IMG/VR virus record: IMGVR_UViG_3300005253_002810
DNA: 64,000 bases
Origin: an uncultured virus (IMG/VR IMGVR_UViG_3300005253_002810)
Lineage: Duplodnaviria; Heunggongvirae; Uroviricota; Caudoviricetes
Reading direction: 5' to 3' (one strand)
Part shown: positions 11,037 to 21,632 of the stretch, one piece after another
How the letters are laid out: each line of letters starts with the position of its first letter
How positions within the stretch are numbered: the stretch's first letter is position 1
Position numbers and translations under genes: made by a program
Notes under the pieces: model-generated
Told to the model about the DNA's origin: nothing
Database searches by the model: none
The model's input: the letters and a program-made list of their open reading frames with translations, nothing else

Positions 11037-11471
11037 ATGTCATTTGACTTCAAAATTTCGGATGGTGACCTCTCAATAGGGCAAGATGGTGATCTTAAAA
11101 AGGTTGAAAACACTGAGAAGTTAATTCAAGATATCCTTAAGATTGTTATCACGCCAATGGGGTCTAACCAGTTTTATCCCTGGTATGGCTCTCGTGTATC
11201 TAAATCTCTGATAGGCCAAGTTTTTGATTTTGAATTCCTGTCAACCGTGGCCTCCAGCCAGCTTCAGAATGCACTGGAAAACCTTCAAAGATTACAGCAA
11301 GAACAGGCTCGACAGCAAAGTGTAACGCCGTTTGAGCAGCTCGCAGCCCTTAAAGGGGTAAGGGTAGAAAGAAACCAGGTAGACCCCAGATATTTCCTGG
11401 TTGTAATTAGTGCTGTGACTCGCGCGCTAACCGAAGCAAACACTTCGCTTACAATCAAACCAACATTGTAA
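11037..11471 (+). CDS. gp25/GPW-like baseplate wedge protein (sheath initiator)
   Basis: GDLKKVENTEKLIQDILKIVITPMGSNQFYPWYGS matches the gp25-family pattern; 144 aa; lies upstream of the baseplate J-like gene. Confidence 0.8.
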   Translation: MSFDFKISDGDLSIGQDGDLKKVENTEKLIQDILKIVITPMGSNQFYPWYGSRVSKSLIGQVFDFEFLSTVASSQLQNALENLQRLQQEQARQQSVTPFEQLAALKGVRVERNQVDPRYFLVVISAVTRALTEANTSLTIKPTL

Positions 11472-11529
11472 GTTAGCAATTTTCCAGCATATAATTGATA
11501 TTACCTGCGCGGGTAAAGGTATAATAAAA

Positions 11530-11690
11530 ATGGTTTGTATAAAGGTATGTAAAATATGTGGAAAAGAAAAAGATACGGTGGAATTTTTCGTTCAATGAAC
11601 GACAACAAGTTTAAAAAGTGTTGGGCTCTTGAAAATTTAAGGCCATATTCCGCTAAGCAAAATTGTCTAGACAACTGTAGGCGGGTGTAG
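11530..11690 (+). pseudogene. Internally deleted HNH-type homing endonuclease remnant
   Basis: MVCIKVCKICGKEKDTVEFF (CxxC N-terminus) is joined out of frame to SMNDNKFKKCWALENLRPYSAKQNCLD*, a typical C-terminus of phage HNH-like endonucleases. The core is missing. Confidence 0.7.
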
Positions 11691-11693
11691 TGA

Positions 11694-14600
11694 ATGGTGC
11701 GCATAAGGTCAGCCAACGAAATTATTTTAAGTCTAATAGACTATTACAGATCTACTGCGGCTTTGTTAGACACAAAGCCCGGAACAGTTACTAGAGATGT
11801 AATAATTGACGGGCCGTCATCGCAGCTAGCCAGACTTTATGAAGAACTTGCAGGTGTTGCTAATTTACAGTCACTATCTCTTACAGTTGGTGCCGATTTA
11901 GATCGATTATCTCAGAATTTTGGAGCCGTCCGACAGAGGGGCGCTAAGGCAAGCGGCCCCGTGCTATTTACTTTTAACAATTTAGATGCTGATATTCCGA
12001 TTAATAAAGGAGACATAGTTCGGGCTAAAAATGGTCAGACCTTTGTAGTTCTTAATAGCTTCACAATAAGCACAATTCTTGAGACCACATTTCGCGCAAC
12101 AGCTGCTAGATTTAGATCCGATTTAGACTTTGTAGGCATTACTGATGCGTTTGTGGCTGAGATTCTTGTTGAAGCAACGTCTTCGGGCATTCAGGGTAAC
12201 ATTTCAAAATATTCAATAACTAGCACTGCTATCGCAGCTATCAATAATGTGACTAATGCTTCGCCATTTGGTGGCGGAAGAGATACAGAAGATGATTCCA
12301 CTTTCCGTAACAGAGTATTGGCGATTTTCAGTGGTGCTAATACGGGCACAGCTTTAGGATATAAAAATGCCGCACTATCTGATCCGTCAGTAATTGATGC
12401 CATAGTAATTGAGCCTGGCGACGATCTTATGACTCGTGATGGCACTCAGGTTTCTGTATCTAGCGATGGTACTAGAACTATAACTTCGACAGGAACTGGC
12501 GGGAAAGTAGATGTTTTGATTTTCGGAACAAGGATTCAGGAAACTGTTGATAGTAGAATCTTCCAAGAACTTAGCAATACCGGTGATACAACTAATTCAG
12601 AAAATGATTTTGTTCTTGGTCAAATTGCTGCCGATGTAAATAAGACCGTTGCAAGAAAAAGGCTCGATAATCTTGATGATGGAACCCTCCCAAGCCAGCC
12701 AGTTAATAGCATTGTGTCAGTTAGCGGATCTTTAAGTGGTGGAAATTTTGTCGAAAAAGCAACTGACAGTTTGGGCAGAGTTACAGGAAATTTTGAAATT
12801 GTAAAGGATACAGGAGCTTTTGCCGGAAGCCCTTGGGCATTTGATAAGCTTCATTGGGTTGATAATAAGATAAACGATCTGGAAGAAGATAAAACAAAGA
12901 TTGCATTTAATGGGCAGGATCCATTATCTTTTACAGACCTTCTTGAAATTAATGTTGGACGGCAAAACATAGCTGTTATCAATGAAAATAGTCAGGTATC
13001 TTCGAGCGATAGAAGCTCGGTACAGCTTGCACATTTCCCCACATCAAACGTAACAAGAGTTTTCAACACAACTACTGGGGAAAGATATATAGTCTCAAAC
13101 CAAAATCCTGATGGGTCTGGAAGCACAAATCTGACAGGGCGAATCGTAATTAGAGGACAGAGCCTGCCGGCAATAAGTGATACCCTGCAAGTAGATTATA
13201 CGTGGGTATTTGATTACGATCCTACTTTTGATTTTGACAATCGAGCGACAACAACTAATCCACGGGCTGTACAGGACAGTATAGATTGGGGCTTTCCAAA
13301 TGCAGTGAGAAGAGAGCGAGCAATACTTATGGCCTCAGGCTCTTCGCTTTTGGTTACAGTTACTCATCCAATAAGCTCAATTGTTAGTGTTAATGTTTTT
13401 GAAGAAGATACCGGTACAGTTACCTTATCTTCAGGCAGGTTGGCCTTTATAACTTCAGTTGCCGTTACTGGTGTAATTAGCATAATCAGAAGCTCTGATG
13501 GGACCGATGTGTATAATTCAAGTGATGCTGATGGGTCTTTCAGTGGCAATACAATATTCTTACCAACAGATACGGTGGCCAGTTTTGGTGACAGTGTAGC
13601 TGTAACATATAATGCGACAGATGTTTACAATGCTGATACACAAGGTAATTTTAGTAGCAATATTATCACAATTGTACTTTCTGCAATCGCTACAGCAGGA
13701 ACATTGGTAGAAGCAAATTATATTGCGAATGTAAGCACATTATTTCCAAGCACTCTCTTGCCATCATTGCCTGCAATTCGTTCAGGAAATACTTTTGATA
13801 TTGATGGGCCGGATAATGTAGGGACGCAACCTACAACGCATGTTTTTGCTGGAGATGGTAGTATTGTTAAAAACCTAAGACGCGCTCCATCGAATTTAGG
13901 CCTTACGATATCAGGGTCTGTATCTCCGGGCATTATTACAGTAACTGGAACCACATTATTATTTGCGCAAGATGTAGTCTACACAGTTGGTACGGCAGGG
14001 TTAAAACAGAATATTTCATCTGCTGTCAAGTCATTCCTTGGCCTGGCCACAAACCAATCAGTGCCATCAAATGTAAAACTGGCAAGAGTTACAAAAGTTG
14101 AGCGTGTCAGTACGACATCTAATTTATCTATGCTTGCAGTGCTTGATACGTATGATTTGAGAGGTTACGCTATTCTTGACAATAGTTTTGTCAAAGAAGA
14201 GTCTATCGTTGATATGTTATTAGCATCAACAGAAGTAGAATTACCATCAACACCAGATAATCTAGCAAATGTGCCTAGTGTTGGAGACAGAATTCGTATT
14301 ACGTTTCATGTATCTACTACGGCAGATACAGAGAATGTATCATTTAGCAGAAGTGGACTATTATATACCAATAAACGTTTTGCGCTTGTTGATACAATGG
14401 CAGTATCTAGTGGGTTTACATCTGCACCGTCTGCCGCGGCCACATTAACTGTGACCAGTTTAAACCAGCCCATAACCAGGTCACGATATAAAGTGCTCTA
14501 TGATTATACTGCTCCAAAAGTAAATGAGAGAATAACGGTTAGATATAATCTTGATAAGCTTATAACCGATGTTACTTTGGCAATAGAAAACACGCGACCA

Positions 14601-14933
14601 ATCAATGCGGATGTTCTTGTTAAGGCCTCCGTTTCAATACCTGTAAATGTAACAATGAATGTAGTTGTAACGGAATCATTTGTCAACAATACTGAAATTG
14701 TTAGGCAGAATGTACAAGACGCCATTACTTCAGCATTAAATGCCACGGCATTAGGAACTGTTGTTGATTCAAGCGATCTGATAAATGCCGCATATGGAGT
14801 GGCTGGCGTTGACCGTGCAAGAATATTGTTCTTTAACAAAGCGAGCGAGTCAGGCTCCGTTCTTAGTATACAAGCTCTTAAAAATGAGTTTATTACTGCT
14901 AATGTTGTAACTATTACTATTGAAACACGATAA
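11694..14933 (+). CDS. Baseplate J/gp47-like wedge protein with large insertion
   Basis: N-terminal J-like motifs (GADLDRLSQNFGAVRQRGAKASG; GNISKYSIT...NVTNASPFGGGRDTEDDSTFRNR; GTALGYKNAA) and a J-like C-terminus (DSSDLINAAYGVAGVDR); 1079 aa. Confidence 0.85.
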   Translation: MVRIRSANEIILSLIDYYRSTAALLDTKPGTVTRDVIIDGPSSQLARLYEELAGVANLQSLSLTVGADLDRLSQNFGAVRQRGAKASGPVLFTFNNLDADIPINKGDIVRAKNGQTFVVLNSFTISTILETTFRATAARFRSDLDFVGITDAFVAEILVEATSSGIQGNISKYSITSTAIAAINNVTNASPFGGGRDTEDDSTFRNRVLAIFSGANTGTALGYKNAALSDPSVIDAIVIEPGDDLMTRDGTQVSVSSDGTRTITSTGTGGKVDVLIFGTRIQETVDSRIFQELSNTGDTTNSENDFVLGQIAADVNKTVARKRLDNLDDGTLPSQPVNSIVSVSGSLSGGNFVEKATDSLGRVTGNFEIVKDTGAFAGSPWAFDKLHWVDNKINDLEEDKTKIAFNGQDPLSFTDLLEINVGRQNIAVINENSQVSSSDRSSVQLAHFPTSNVTRVFNTTTGERYIVSNQNPDGSGSTNLTGRIVIRGQSLPAISDTLQVDYTWVFDYDPTFDFDNRATTTNPRAVQDSIDWGFPNAVRRERAILMASGSSLLVTVTHPISSIVSVNVFEEDTGTVTLSSGRLAFITSVAVTGVISIIRSSDGTDVYNSSDADGSFSGNTIFLPTDTVASFGDSVAVTYNATDVYNADTQGNFSSNIITIVLSAIATAGTLVEANYIANVSTLFPSTLLPSLPAIRSGNTFDIDGPDNVGTQPTTHVFAGDGSIVKNLRRAPSNLGLTISGSVSPGIITVTGTTLLFAQDVVYTVGTAGLKQNISSAVKSFLGLATNQSVPSNVKLARVTKVERVSTTSNLSMLAVLDTYDLRGYAILDNSFVKEESIVDMLLASTEVELPSTPDNLANVPSVGDRIRITFHVSTTADTENVSFSRSGLLYTNKRFALVDTMAVSSGFTSAPSAAATLTVTSLNQPITRSRYKVLYDYTAPKVNERITVRYNLDKLITDVTLAIENTRPINADVLVKASVSIPVNVTMNVVVTESFVNNTEIVRQNVQDAITSALNATALGTVVDSSDLINAAYGVAGVDRARILFFNKASESGSVLSIQALKNEFITANVVTITIETR

Positions 14934-17900
14934 TGGCTAATCTAAGGCTAGTAAGACTAAAAGTGCTTGATAGCACCTCTATTAGGGTTCGGTTTACCGA
15001 GCCATTGAGTCCGCTTATCAACACCTCAAGTGTCATTATAGTCTCCAATATTGTTGGGGTTCCAGATGCAGAGGTGCTTAAGGTAACTATTAGTGGCGAT
15101 ACGATGGATATTAAGTCGTTGCCAATGACACCATTTGCTTCGTATTTTGTCACATTCAAAACTACAAGCTCTTCAGATTTTAAGTCGGTAAATGGTAATT
15201 TCCTATTTGAAGATGGAACTACTAATGCCCCGCTCGTGCTTGGACAAGAAGATCCTGATGATCCTATTAGAGAGTTCCTTATCAACTTATTGAAGGATAA
15301 TGTTTACAATTTGGACACGGGCACATTAGTAAGAACAATAGTTAATGGCCAGTCAACTTTCCTAGCAGGTGCATTGCATGATATTGGTCAGGCCAAAAAT
15401 GACAACTATCTTCTCAACATTATTCCTGATGAAAGGAAAACCCGAGGGGGCGGACCATATGATAGATTAAACGAGGAAGGAGCATTTAAGACTGTTCGAG
15501 TTGGTCAAACTCAAACTAATGCCACATTGCCTGGAACCATAAGTTTTGCCAGTTTTCCTAGTGGTCCGATTACGCTACAAGCAGCAACTATATCCGGTGA
15601 AACACTGATGGCCGGAACTGGTGCATCAACATTCGATAGATTAACACTAACGGTCTTAAAAAGATTTGTAACCAAATTACTTAGCGTTAGCGTTAGGTAT
15701 GCGTCTGATGGTGCTACAGAAACTTATGATATAGCAACATTTGGATATCAAGTATTAAATCCAAGGTATGATCAAGCTTTTGCGTCTCCTCTGCTTACCT
15801 TAACTGATACGCAGTTCCAGTTAAGCGATTTATCATTTGAGGATGATTCTTTTAGACTACCTATTCCTGGCGATGTTATTACTGTAAGCTATGAGTTCAA
15901 GAATGAAGGAAAATTCGTTGACGAAGACAGCGTTATGGTATCTCAGGTGCTAGATGCAGTGCGTGAGTCAACTTTACCAATTGCTACAGAGTTTTCACTT
16001 AGTCATGCCCCGGTTGTAACGGCAAATGATACAATTGCAGCGGCTGATGGTGTTACATTTTTGGATCCAGAATCTAATCCTCCATTTACCGCCACTCACC
16101 CGGCATTTGCAAAAGAAATACCCTTTAGGACTGAGGGCTTGCCTAAAAATACAGGAGAATATGCTGTTGATTATACGACTGGTAGGGTGTTTACATATGG
16201 TGCCGTATCAAATGATGGAACAGGAAACTTCCCACCAACAGCAACATATAAATACAGAAGCGTATTTCGTGCTGATTTAGATTATACATATGATACCGGG
16301 CTTGTAGAGCTTGTTACTAACCCATTAAGAGATTTAACTACGCAGATAGCTAAAATTTCATTTGATTATGAGCAAACTTTAATCCCAGAAGTAGACTTTA
16401 AATCCCAAATTCACAAAGAGGTACTTGCTGAAAGAATTAATAACAGATTAAATTCAACAAATTCTCTTTCGGTCTTAAATGTTCCAGTCACAAACGTTTT
16501 TAGGATATTTAATGAGACAACCGGTGAAGTTTATAAGGCCACAAGATTTAATAACGAGAAAGTGTATTTCAATTCAAATAATCAGCCAAGAATATTCAGT
16601 ATTGAGCGCGAAAGAGCTACATTTGCCGATACTTTCAATGAAACACTACTAATAGATAGTGAGTTTGCCAATGTACTGGGAACTAGAGTATTAAAAATCT
16701 TATTACAGAATAATAATGTAATTTCTTCTACAGAAGATGTCATTGCGGCGAGTTACAACACTAGCGTAGCTTTTAGTAGGGCTGATGTCTTTGTGGAAGA
16801 GTTATATTTCGACGCACAGGTAATATCAGAGACAGCCAATACTAATAGGCTAACTATTGGTAGATATCAAGTTGATTACAGGAATGGTATAATCTTCCTA
16901 GGCGTCTCGTCAACCCAAACTGCTGATCTAGGCTCAATTAGCTATAAAAAGCCAGCTATACTTTCAGATAATAATCATTTAATTAGCGTTTCTGAGCTTT
17001 ATCACAGTATAAGCACAATTATAGGAATTAATAAGCGAATAGCTTTAAGCTCATTTAGTGACACTGAGATATTGCCAAATGTTTTCGATATTGCTGACGA
17101 AAGATTTTTGAATGGTGATACTGCTCTTTCTTATCTGGTATTGGGCGGAACTATTACCGTACAAGATGATATCAAAAATGTAAGGAACATTTATGACGCA
17201 TATGACCTAAATAATAATGCTACATTGACAAATTTTGCTGAAGGTGCAACTGTATCTGCAAATGTTATTACTTTAGATTCTAGTGGCGTATTAAAGCAGG
17301 ACCTTGCAGTGGTTCAGACCGGATTAGTTGTATCGGTTCCAATGGTGTCTCCTGCGGCTGAGATATTTTCGGTTATTAGTGTAACAAGAACGTCTGATAA
17401 TGTTGAGCTTTTCGATGGTAGTGGATCATTTACTGGATTTGATATAACCCTATCTGGTCTTGGGACCCCTGTTGTTGGCGAGATTGTACAAGTTACATAT
17501 AGGGCTGCATTAACAGGGGCGGCAACTCCAATTGTAGATTACAATAGGGGCGATTATTTTGTTGATTATACTTATCTAGCAGATGAAATAATTGTCAGCT
17601 ACGAATATGGTGATAATGTACTTGATTTTAGGGAAGGAAACGCTCTTGATGAGGGCGATGAGTATTTTGTTACTTATCATGTGGGCGCTTTAAGAGATGC
17701 ACTATTAAAGAACTTTGGAAGTCTTATAGATATTCCAGTAATGCAGACTTTCGATACCACATTGCCAAGAGAAAGCTATCGAGACGCTTTGAAGGGAGCA
17801 TTGCAGTCATTCACTAAGGGGCCTACCATCCCTTCTATGAAGAGTTTAGTTTCTAACATATCCCACATAGAGCCAGACATTATCGAGGCGGCTTTCCAGG

Positions 17901-20900
17901 TCTGGTCATTGGGCGTAAGCCATCTATATCCCAATGTAGTAGATTATACTGGAGATATACAGTTATTGTCCGCTAAGTTTGATAATGGCGCATTGGTCTC
18001 AAATTCGAATGAGACAATAACATTCCCCGTTTCTAGTAATCTCAAAATAGAAGACGGAACATTGGAATTTTGGACCATTCCAGATTGGAACGGACTTGAC
18101 AATGATGCAACATTAACATTCCAGGTCTTAAAAGATGGGTATATTATAGATGCATCGGAAGTATTTATTGGGGCCTCAAGCTTCAATCCTACATATGATA
18201 CGCAAAATAAATTCACAGTAAATAGGCTTGATGACCCAAGCCCAATCGGCCTGCCATCTAAAGTTTATACTGATGTAGGTTTTTTTGTTTATTATAATGT
18301 TGACGATAAGCGCTGGAATGTATTAGCCAAAGAGAAGCTAGACAAGTCAGATGGCTATATGTTCTCGGGCACGATCGAGTCGTCTGGCGAAGTATATGAT
18401 GTTAAGTTCATTCCAGAATTGGGAGAGATTAACGACGTATTGAGGAGCGGTACTAGCAAGATAGAATTTGAATTTAATCTAGATGGGCAGGATGTATTAA
18501 GCGCCGATGGGTACACTACAGGCGATGGATATTCTCCTAGTGATGGTTATGTGATTGGATTCTCGTTTGATGGCATATCACTCATGGCTGATGATGAGCA
18601 TTACCTATTTGATTTTGGAGAAACGGAATCAATAAATAGATTCTCATTATACAAAGACGGAAAGGGTTATTTGAATTTTAGGGTCCAAGATCGGGGAGAT
18701 CCGATTACTGGCAGGACTAATCAATTTAAGGTGAGCGCTGATATTTCTGATTGGCTAGCAGGCCAGAGGCATCATATAGCCGCCGCATGGAAGTTGAATA
18801 CTTCTGATAGGCAGGATGAGATGCATCTGTTTATAGATGGCGAGGAGGTTCCAAACATTTTGAAGTTTGGAGGCAGGCCTGTAGCAACATCTACAGATAG
18901 GTTCAGAACCGTTAAACCAGAGCTTGTAGTGGGCGTACTTCCTAAGAATGCTGTTGCGGGAAATGATCTTAGTACGACCGCAGGATCGACTACAGTTACT
19001 TCAGAATCGGTAGATTTTAGTGTAGCAGGAATTGTGCCTGGTGATACGATTAATATTCGAGAGACAGGGTTTGGTACTTTTACAATCGTAGGAGTATCTG
19101 GCGGCGTGCTTATCCTTTCGGCGCCAATGACAACTACTTTATCAGATGCTCGATTCTCAGTAAATGAATTCTCTTCAGTTGTAGCAACGCAACTTGATCT
19201 GTTCTCAAATTTAGCGGTATCCATTATAGACGGGTCAACCAGTGTAGAAACAGAAATACCCGGATTAAGAGCGGCAATACCAGCATATACTATTAGCAAG
19301 AACAGCTCTAATGAAGATGTGTTGACAATTCTAGGTAGCGCTAATGCCGGAGACACTGTTGTTATACGTACATTAGGATTAAACCACAGAAGGTGTCGTG
19401 AAACACATTATGTTTGGGGCAATACGAATAGTATAATAAAGACACAGCTTCCATCGCCTATTAGCCTAGATGAGGTAAAGGTTTTACCAGTATTATTGCC
19501 ACTTACTCCGATAGGCCCAGATAATGCCGTACTAATTGTTGGTAGATTCTTTGCCACTGGGCTGGCAGCAACTCAGCCATCTAATGTCACAGAAGGCAGG
19601 ACACTGTCTGTTCGTATTACTGGCGGCAATGTATCATTTTCTACACCACCGACTGTTACGATTAATGGAACTACGGTTTCTGGGCCTCTTTTTGAGACAT
19701 TGACCTTCACCTCCTCCGGGACACAGACAACAACTGAAAGGTTCTTAACGGTTACATCTGTTGATGTTGCGACAACCCCGCTTGCAACTTCAAAGAATTC
19801 AATTGCTGTCGAAATAAAGGAAGAACTTTCTATCACTGTAGCAGATGGAAACACGACATTCCCAGTAATCAGATTTAGCTACCAACTTCAGACAAGCACT
19901 TCACTTGCCGGTACATCTGGCTCAACGCTATTAACGGATACTGATGCCGTTATAGTGGAGTCATTCGTTGACAATCTTATAGTAATAAAGGCTCCGGCAC
20001 CTGCTGCGGGATCGTATACCATAACGGACAGAATTGATAATGATAGTTTTACAGTAACCCCTGCGCTCCCCGCTACATTTACAGGGGGAGAATATGACAT
20101 ATTCAATATCTCAGTTGGTAGGAGCGGATTCCAGAATGGATGGTTTGTATTTGAGGAGGCCGGTGCGGGCACAATTCCATTCCCACTTAAAGAGGGCCTA
20201 TATGAATTTGATTATTCTGCCTATATGGAAGTTAAGATTGATCCAGTTCAAAACTATACAGCATATATAGGCTCAGATCTTAATGGAAACAAGCAATCTA
20301 AGGCCATAATTGATGAGTTTAGATTGCTTTCAGGGTCAATTTCTGATGTTAGAGTCGGAGAAACATTAGCAGTAAACGAAAAATCAGTTACTGTTGACTT
20401 TACTACCTTAACGCCTTTTAGCGCGGATAGTGACACTTTAATGCTCTTACACTTTAATTCTAAGCCATTTGAAAATTCGGCAGATTTTTGGGTTACTGCA
20501 GATAAGACATTCTTACAGTCTGGAAGAGCTGTTAATGATAATTTTGGGCAAAGCCTTGTTGTGACGGATAAGGGAATAAGAAAAGAAAATAAGGGATTAT
20601 TATCGACTATATCTGAAGGCAGTATTGAATTTTGGGCAAGTCCAAGGTTTGACACTCATAACGATCCGGCTACTAGATTCTATTTTGACGCCAGTTCATC
20701 GGTAATAGAAGAAGTAGTTAGCATTACTAATACAACAGTAAAGGCATCCGGCTCTATCTCCAGCATATCTAGCGTAAGACTACAAACAGACATAGACAAC
20801 ACTGGTATAGATTTCTTTGCTGGTGGAACAATAGAGGAAAATTTCAAGACCATTAAGCTAGGAAAGGCCTTACCATCACAAAGGACGCCGGTCAAAATCG

Positions 20901-21625
20901 GCTATGTACCATTGGGTCTTTCTGGAGATAGAATATCTATATATAAGGACGGTGATGGATTTATTGTTTTCAACATTAGAGCTAATGGTGTAGATTATCA
21001 GGTTCGTCAGTTTGTGTTCTGGGCTAGAGACACCTGGCACCGCATTAGGGCAACATATAAGTTAAATAGAGCTGATAATCAGGATGAGCTTCGTTTGTTT
21101 GTTGACGGGGAAGAGCGAGGGACAGTATATTTCGGTCTAGGATTATTATTTGGACAAGGCATTTCATTCGGACAGGGATTTGCCGGAGCAGACACATCTG
21201 CTTTGACAAGCGATATTAACTTTACTGACCCAATAAATGACTTTTTCATAGGGTCAGACTTCTTAGGGGTTAATACTGCAAATGCAAGAATAGACAATCT
21301 AAGACTAAGTAATAGGGCCAGAAGCCCATTAACAGTAGCTGGTCAGGATATCGATATCAACTATAGTACTAATCTTGATATAGTATTTCCTGTAATAGAA
21401 GACGCATTCACAACCTTTCTTTGGGATTTTGACGCTATTAGGTTTAAAACAGATGATCTTTCAATACTTAGAGATGAAGAATTCGGAATCTTCAACTTTA
21501 CCCTGAATGTCATTGATTCTTTTGACATAGTATTAGGTAATGCCAAGATTCAACAGGTTTTGGAGTCTCTAGTATTTGCATTAAAACCAGCTCAATCAAA
21601 AATAGAGATAAATTACATTCAATAG
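14933..21625 (+). CDS. Giant baseplate wedge/appendage protein with gpI-like segment and LamG/ConA-like lectin domains
   Basis: 2230 aa. gpI-like core (NFGSLIDIP...ESYRDALKGALQSFTKGPTIPSMKSLV). LamG-like motifs (GTLEFW, RHHIAAAW...MHLFIDG; GSIEFW, WHRIRATY...LRLFVDG...FFIGSD...IDNLRLS). C-terminal ALKPAQSK. Confidence 0.7.
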   Translation: MANLRLVRLKVLDSTSIRVRFTEPLSPLINTSSVIIVSNIVGVPDAEVLKVTISGDTMDIKSLPMTPFASYFVTFKTTSSSDFKSVNGNFLFEDGTTNAPLVLGQEDPDDPIREFLINLLKDNVYNLDTGTLVRTIVNGQSTFLAGALHDIGQAKNDNYLLNIIPDERKTRGGGPYDRLNEEGAFKTVRVGQTQTNATLPGTISFASFPSGPITLQAATISGETLMAGTGASTFDRLTLTVLKRFVTKLLSVSVRYASDGATETYDIATFGYQVLNPRYDQAFASPLLTLTDTQFQLSDLSFEDDSFRLPIPGDVITVSYEFKNEGKFVDEDSVMVSQVLDAVRESTLPIATEFSLSHAPVVTANDTIAAADGVTFLDPESNPPFTATHPAFAKEIPFRTEGLPKNTGEYAVDYTTGRVFTYGAVSNDGTGNFPPTATYKYRSVFRADLDYTYDTGLVELVTNPLRDLTTQIAKISFDYEQTLIPEVDFKSQIHKEVLAERINNRLNSTNSLSVLNVPVTNVFRIFNETTGEVYKATRFNNEKVYFNSNNQPRIFSIERERATFADTFNETLLIDSEFANVLGTRVLKILLQNNNVISSTEDVIAASYNTSVAFSRADVFVEELYFDAQVISETANTNRLTIGRYQVDYRNGIIFLGVSSTQTADLGSISYKKPAILSDNNHLISVSELYHSISTIIGINKRIALSSFSDTEILPNVFDIADERFLNGDTALSYLVLGGTITVQDDIKNVRNIYDAYDLNNNATLTNFAEGATVSANVITLDSSGVLKQDLAVVQTGLVVSVPMVSPAAEIFSVISVTRTSDNVELFDGSGSFTGFDITLSGLGTPVVGEIVQVTYRAALTGAATPIVDYNRGDYFVDYTYLADEIIVSYEYGDNVLDFREGNALDEGDEYFVTYHVGALRDALLKNFGSLIDIPVMQTFDTTLPRESYRDALKGALQSFTKGPTIPSMKSLVSNISHIEPDIIEAAFQVWSLGVSHLYPNVVDYTGDIQLLSAKFDNGALVSNSNETITFPVSSNLKIEDGTLEFWTIPDWNGLDNDATLTFQVLKDGYIIDASEVFIGASSFNPTYDTQNKFTVNRLDDPSPIGLPSKVYTDVGFFVYYNVDDKRWNVLAKEKLDKSDGYMFSGTIESSGEVYDVKFIPELGEINDVLRSGTSKIEFEFNLDGQDVLSADGYTTGDGYSPSDGYVIGFSFDGISLMADDEHYLFDFGETESINRFSLYKDGKGYLNFRVQDRGDPITGRTNQFKVSADISDWLAGQRHHIAAAWKLNTSDRQDEMHLFIDGEEVPNILKFGGRPVATSTDRFRTVKPELVVGVLPKNAVAGNDLSTTAGSTTVTSESVDFSVAGIVPGDTINIRETGFGTFTIVGVSGGVLILSAPMTTTLSDARFSVNEFSSVVATQLDLFSNLAVSIIDGSTSVETEIPGLRAAIPAYTISKNSSNEDVLTILGSANAGDTVVIRTLGLNHRRCRETHYVWGNTNSIIKTQLPSPISLDEVKVLPVLLPLTPIGPDNAVLIVGRFFATGLAATQPSNVTEGRTLSVRITGGNVSFSTPPTVTINGTTVSGPLFETLTFTSSGTQTTTERFLTVTSVDVATTPLATSKNSIAVEIKEELSITVADGNTTFPVIRFSYQLQTSTSLAGTSGSTLLTDTDAVIVESFVDNLIVIKAPAPAAGSYTITDRIDNDSFTVTPALPATFTGGEYDIFNISVGRSGFQNGWFVFEEAGAGTIPFPLKEGLYEFDYSAYMEVKIDPVQNYTAYIGSDLNGNKQSKAIIDEFRLLSGSISDVRVGETLAVNEKSVTVDFTTLTPFSADSDTLMLLHFNSKPFENSADFWVTADKTFLQSGRAVNDNFGQSLVVTDKGIRKENKGLLSTISEGSIEFWASPRFDTHNDPATRFYFDASSSVIEEVVSITNTTVKASGSISSISSVRLQTDIDNTGIDFFAGGTIEENFKTIKLGKALPSQRTPVKIGYVPLGLSGDRISIYKDGDGFIVFNIRANGVDYQVRQFVFWARDTWHRIRATYKLNRADNQDELRLFVDGEERGTVYFGLGLLFGQGISFGQGFAGADTSALTSDINFTDPINDFFIGSDFLGVNTANARIDNLRLSNRARSPLTVAGQDIDINYSTNLDIVFPVIEDAFTTFLWDFDAIRFKTDDLSILRDEEFGIFNFTLNVIDSFDIVLGNAKIQQVLESLVFALKPAQSKIEINYIQ

Positions 21626-21632
21626 GTAAAAA

